Below the pieces are notes generated by a model. It ran no database searches, had not been told where the DNA came from, and worked only from the letters and a program-made list of their open reading frames with translations. DNA of 64,000 nucleotides, taken from IMG/VR virus record IMGVR_UViG_3300021387_000994, positions 1 through 64,000 of that record; one strand, given 5' to 3'. Both the position numbers and the translations under genes were made by a program. Source of the stretch: a virus (lineage: Duplodnaviria > Caudoviricetes). Shown here piece after piece: positions 61,577 through 64,000 of the stretch. Every line of letters starts with the position of its first letter. Position 1 is the stretch's first letter.

Positions 61577-62455
61577 TCATCTTCCAACCTTTTTTGTTTT
61601 CCAACCATATTTTTTCATTTTCTCGTGAATATACTCCATGTCTTTTTTTGACAGTCCAAACTCGTCCATCAACGACTCATCCGAATAGTCCATATTATTA
61701 GGTTGTGATGGAATCATTTTCAACAGAGATTTAGGACATTTTGTAGATTTTTTGAAAAACATTACAACAAAGAGAACCAAGTCTGTGTTCAACCATTCTA
61801 TGAACTTTTTACAGGAATCCTCACTCGAGAATGTGAAAACGTTCCACTGTCCGTCTGATATTTCCTTACGTGGTGAAAGATTTTCTTGTGTGAACAAAGT
61901 TGGCCAGTCCCATTCGTAATTCCCATCATCACGGACATGACCACGATGAACCGATAGAAGACAATGCCAACCGGATGGTATATTGTATATTTTCTTAACT
62001 CTTTCCTCTCCATGTATGTCAGCGAGTGACATAAATGACATCTCTTTTAAATCCAAACTTTTATGTTTGGAAATCTTTTCAATAATCTTCTTGTTTTCGA
62101 AATGTTCCCCACCAAACCTGATGTTCTTTACAAAGTCACTCGTTATTCCATATTTTCCTTTCTTTGAAAATGTGAAGATACCGACACCACGTATGATGTC
62201 AACCGTTCCGAATATATTCCTCAAACCTTCATCATATTCAAAACCAGATAGCATCAACGACGAATATTTCTCACAGAATCTTTTATAATGTGGGTCTTTT
62301 TCGTTCATATTGTCGACTACCGATGTAGGATTTATCAAACACATGATGCTTTCATCATCCATATTGTTATCGTATATAGATTTGGTTATCTGTATATACA
62401 AAGGGTCCCAGTGACCTTGGTATGGTGGATTGCCTACTATAATATCAAATATCAT
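61577..62455 (-). CDS. C-terminal (catalytic NPPY + target-recognition) half of a gamma-class/Eco57I-like methyltransferase
   Basis: Begins MIFDIIVGNPPY; no motif I; C-terminal DESLMDEFGLS. Confidence 0.7.
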   Translation of the reverse strand: MIFDIIVGNPPYQGHWDPLYIQITKSIYDNNMDDESIMCLINPTSVVDNMNEKDPHYKRFCEKYSSLMLSGFEYDEGLRNIFGTVDIIRGVGIFTFSKKGKYGITSDFVKNIRFGGEHFENKKIIEKISKHKSLDLKEMSFMSLADIHGEERVKKIYNIPSGWHCLLSVHRGHVRDDGNYEWDWPTLFTQENLSPRKEISDGQWNVFTFSSEDSCKKFIEWLNTDLVLFVVMFFKKSTKCPKSLLKMIPSQPNNMDYSDESLMDEFGLSKKDMEYIHEKMKKYGWKTKKVGR

Positions 62456-62502
62456 ATATTAAAAATAACAAACGGAAGATTTTTTTAGTCTTCCGTTCTT
62501 AT

Positions 62503-63642
62503 TTATTTCAATTTTTCATGATTACCATAAACTGTCTTTGGTATGATTGCAAGTGTGATTGGGAGGATGGATGCAACACCCCATTTCTGAAGTTCAAGAC
62601 AAATGTCATCAAGTGTTGCACCTGAAGATATGTTGTCGTCGAATACGACAACATGTTTTCCTTTAAGTTTAAGTCTCATATCTTTCAATTTTGGATTTAT
62701 TACAAAAAGACCTTCGATAGACCTTCTGTGTTTATCATCCAAAGACTTGATTTCAAATTTCTTTGCCCTTCCGTTTTCGTCCTTTGTTTTATCTTTACCT
62801 CTTCTACCAAAATTATGTCTCCTAATTTTTATGAGTTCCTCTATGGCCTTTATCTCATTTTTTTTATCCGTCACATCCCGTGTAGGTCTTCCTCTTTTTC
62901 CGATTGCATATGCAATAGAATCATTCAGTTCATCAACCCTGACCCTTAAATTATAAATGTCTGCATCGAATTGCCAATTCTCAATATCTTTTTGAAGTTT
63001 ATGTATCTCCATGTCTGTAAGACCGATACTCTTTGCAACATCTGTATTAACAACAACATTTTTTATATCTTTAATAAGTAAGTCTGGAATACACTTGATA
63101 CCAGGTGAATCCTTATATCTCTTCATTATATAATTGACCATATCCTTGTTGAAATCACTAGAACTCTGTGGAAAAGTTATTATATCTATGGGGTTGTCTT
63201 TTAAAAGATGATATATGTACAAAGATGTCCTCTTCATAAATCTATCGATTGAATCAAAGTCTATATTTCTCTTTTCTATATTCTTGAACTTACTTGGGTG
63301 TTTCAATGCCATAGAAACTCTCATATCAGATATTTTATATAGGTTGTATGACATCACGTTACTTTTTGGTAGAAGCACTTCGTGATATTCGAATTTTTTA
63401 TCGTCATTGAATATTTCTGTAGATGTTGAATCTGTATCATTCTTACCTGGTGTAAATCTAAAAGTTCTGTCACTTGAACGACCACGTGACCCGAAAGACC
63501 ATCCTTCATTGCATAAATCAATTTTATCATACCCCATCTCATGTTCCTCTTCCATAAGGAGTTCGATAAAATCAAATATAGACAATGAATCTTCAATTAC
63601 AACATTATCTACAAATTCATCATATGTTTTTATATTATTCAT
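62503..63642 (-). CDS. phosphoribosyltransferase-fold protein with capsid-targeting-like N-terminus
   Basis: FPQSSS, HVVVFDDNISSGATL PRPP-binding loop; MNNIKTYDEFV; late promoter 63667-63674. Confidence 0.75.
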   Translation of the reverse strand: MNNIKTYDEFVDNVVIEDSLSIFDFIELLMEEEHEMGYDKIDLCNEGWSFGSRGRSSDRTFRFTPGKNDTDSTSTEIFNDDKKFEYHEVLLPKSNVMSYNLYKISDMRVSMALKHPSKFKNIEKRNIDFDSIDRFMKRTSLYIYHLLKDNPIDIITFPQSSSDFNKDMVNYIMKRYKDSPGIKCIPDLLIKDIKNVVVNTDVAKSIGLTDMEIHKLQKDIENWQFDADIYNLRVRVDELNDSIAYAIGKRGRPTRDVTDKKNEIKAIEELIKIRRHNFGRRGKDKTKDENGRAKKFEIKSLDDKHRRSIEGLFVINPKLKDMRLKLKGKHVVVFDDNISSGATLDDICLELQKWGVASILPITLAIIPKTVYGNHEKLK

Positions 63643-63713
63643 ATCATTAAAATAATCATTTTATAATATTTATGAGAAAGGACTTGGAACAAAAGTCCCA
63701 AGTCCTTTCAATA

Positions 63714-64000
63714 TTAAAACAGCGGAACATCGTGTGACATGCTTATGTCGATTGGTGAATATCCCATAGCTTCTATTATTCTGTTCATTGGACTGAGAAT
63801 AAGCAAGTCGAACATTTTATCATAGTCGATTTCAAAACCACTTGCCATATCCATCGGGTATTGACCAGATGGATAACTAAATGCTTGTATCGGTTCTTGA
63901 ACTTGACAGTCTGTATAATAATCAACACCATTACGTTTTTCAATAATACCACCTTTTATAAATCTAATCTCTTGATGTTTCATTATAGTAGGAATATCAG
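63714..64000 (-). CDS. gp43: family B DNA polymerase (T4 gp43-like), C-terminal end (partial)
   Basis: EIDYDKMFDLLILSPMNRIIEAMGY...PLF resembles the gp43 C-terminus; runs off window. Confidence 0.65.
   Translation of the reverse strand, partial: DIPTIMKHQEIRFIKGGIIEKRNGVDYYTDCQVQEPIQAFSYPSGQYPMDMASGFEIDYDKMFDLLILSPMNRIIEAMGYSPIDISMSHDVPLF

Noticed and set aside
605-63655. Numerous 60-190-aa antisense/overlapping ORFs in the ORF track
   Set aside because: Shadows of real genes on the opposite strand, with no motifs or promoters
1-64000. Stop-codon reassignment (Lak/crAss-style TAG or TGA recoding)
   Set aside because: Core genes are full length in the standard code, and TAG/TGA end genes right at next-gene starts or terminators (e.g. 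157-159, 26694-26696)
1-64000. tRNA or rRNA genes
   Set aside because: Intergenic gaps are short and AT-rich; no cloverleaf or rRNA-like sequence recognised by eye (tRNAscan not run)

Overview
A 64-kb slice of an AT-rich, T4-like large (probably jumbo) myovirus genome that uses the standard genetic code. The host is most likely Bacteroidota, based on canonical TTTG-N19-TATCTTTG promoters and no obvious Shine-Dalgarno use. Left half: virion morphogenesis genes (tail tube, tail sheath, a 2029-aa repeat protein, portal, prohead protease fused to a scaffold-like domain, major capsid protein) with two homing endonucleases. Middle: replication and recombination genes (DnaQ-like exonuclease, gp41 helicase, gp47, probable sliding clamp, GroES), including a uvsX gene fractured by a naturally split intein with a free-standing endonuclease between the halves. 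Right half is accessory. It holds several DNA methyltransferases (one apparently split in two), a late RimK ligase / DTG-protease / GNAT module, and many late genes starting with a T4-like capsid-targeting sequence. It also carries a compact CRISPR-Cas locus: cas3, cas6, cas7fv-like, cas5fv-like and a 16-repeat array. This locus has no cas8/cas11/cas1/cas2 in the window and combines a type I-F2-like backbone with a non-Csy4 Cas6 and a class-2-like 36-nt repeat / 29-30-nt spacer array. It is the best candidate for an undescribed system. All homology calls come from motif recognition by eye; no searches were run.
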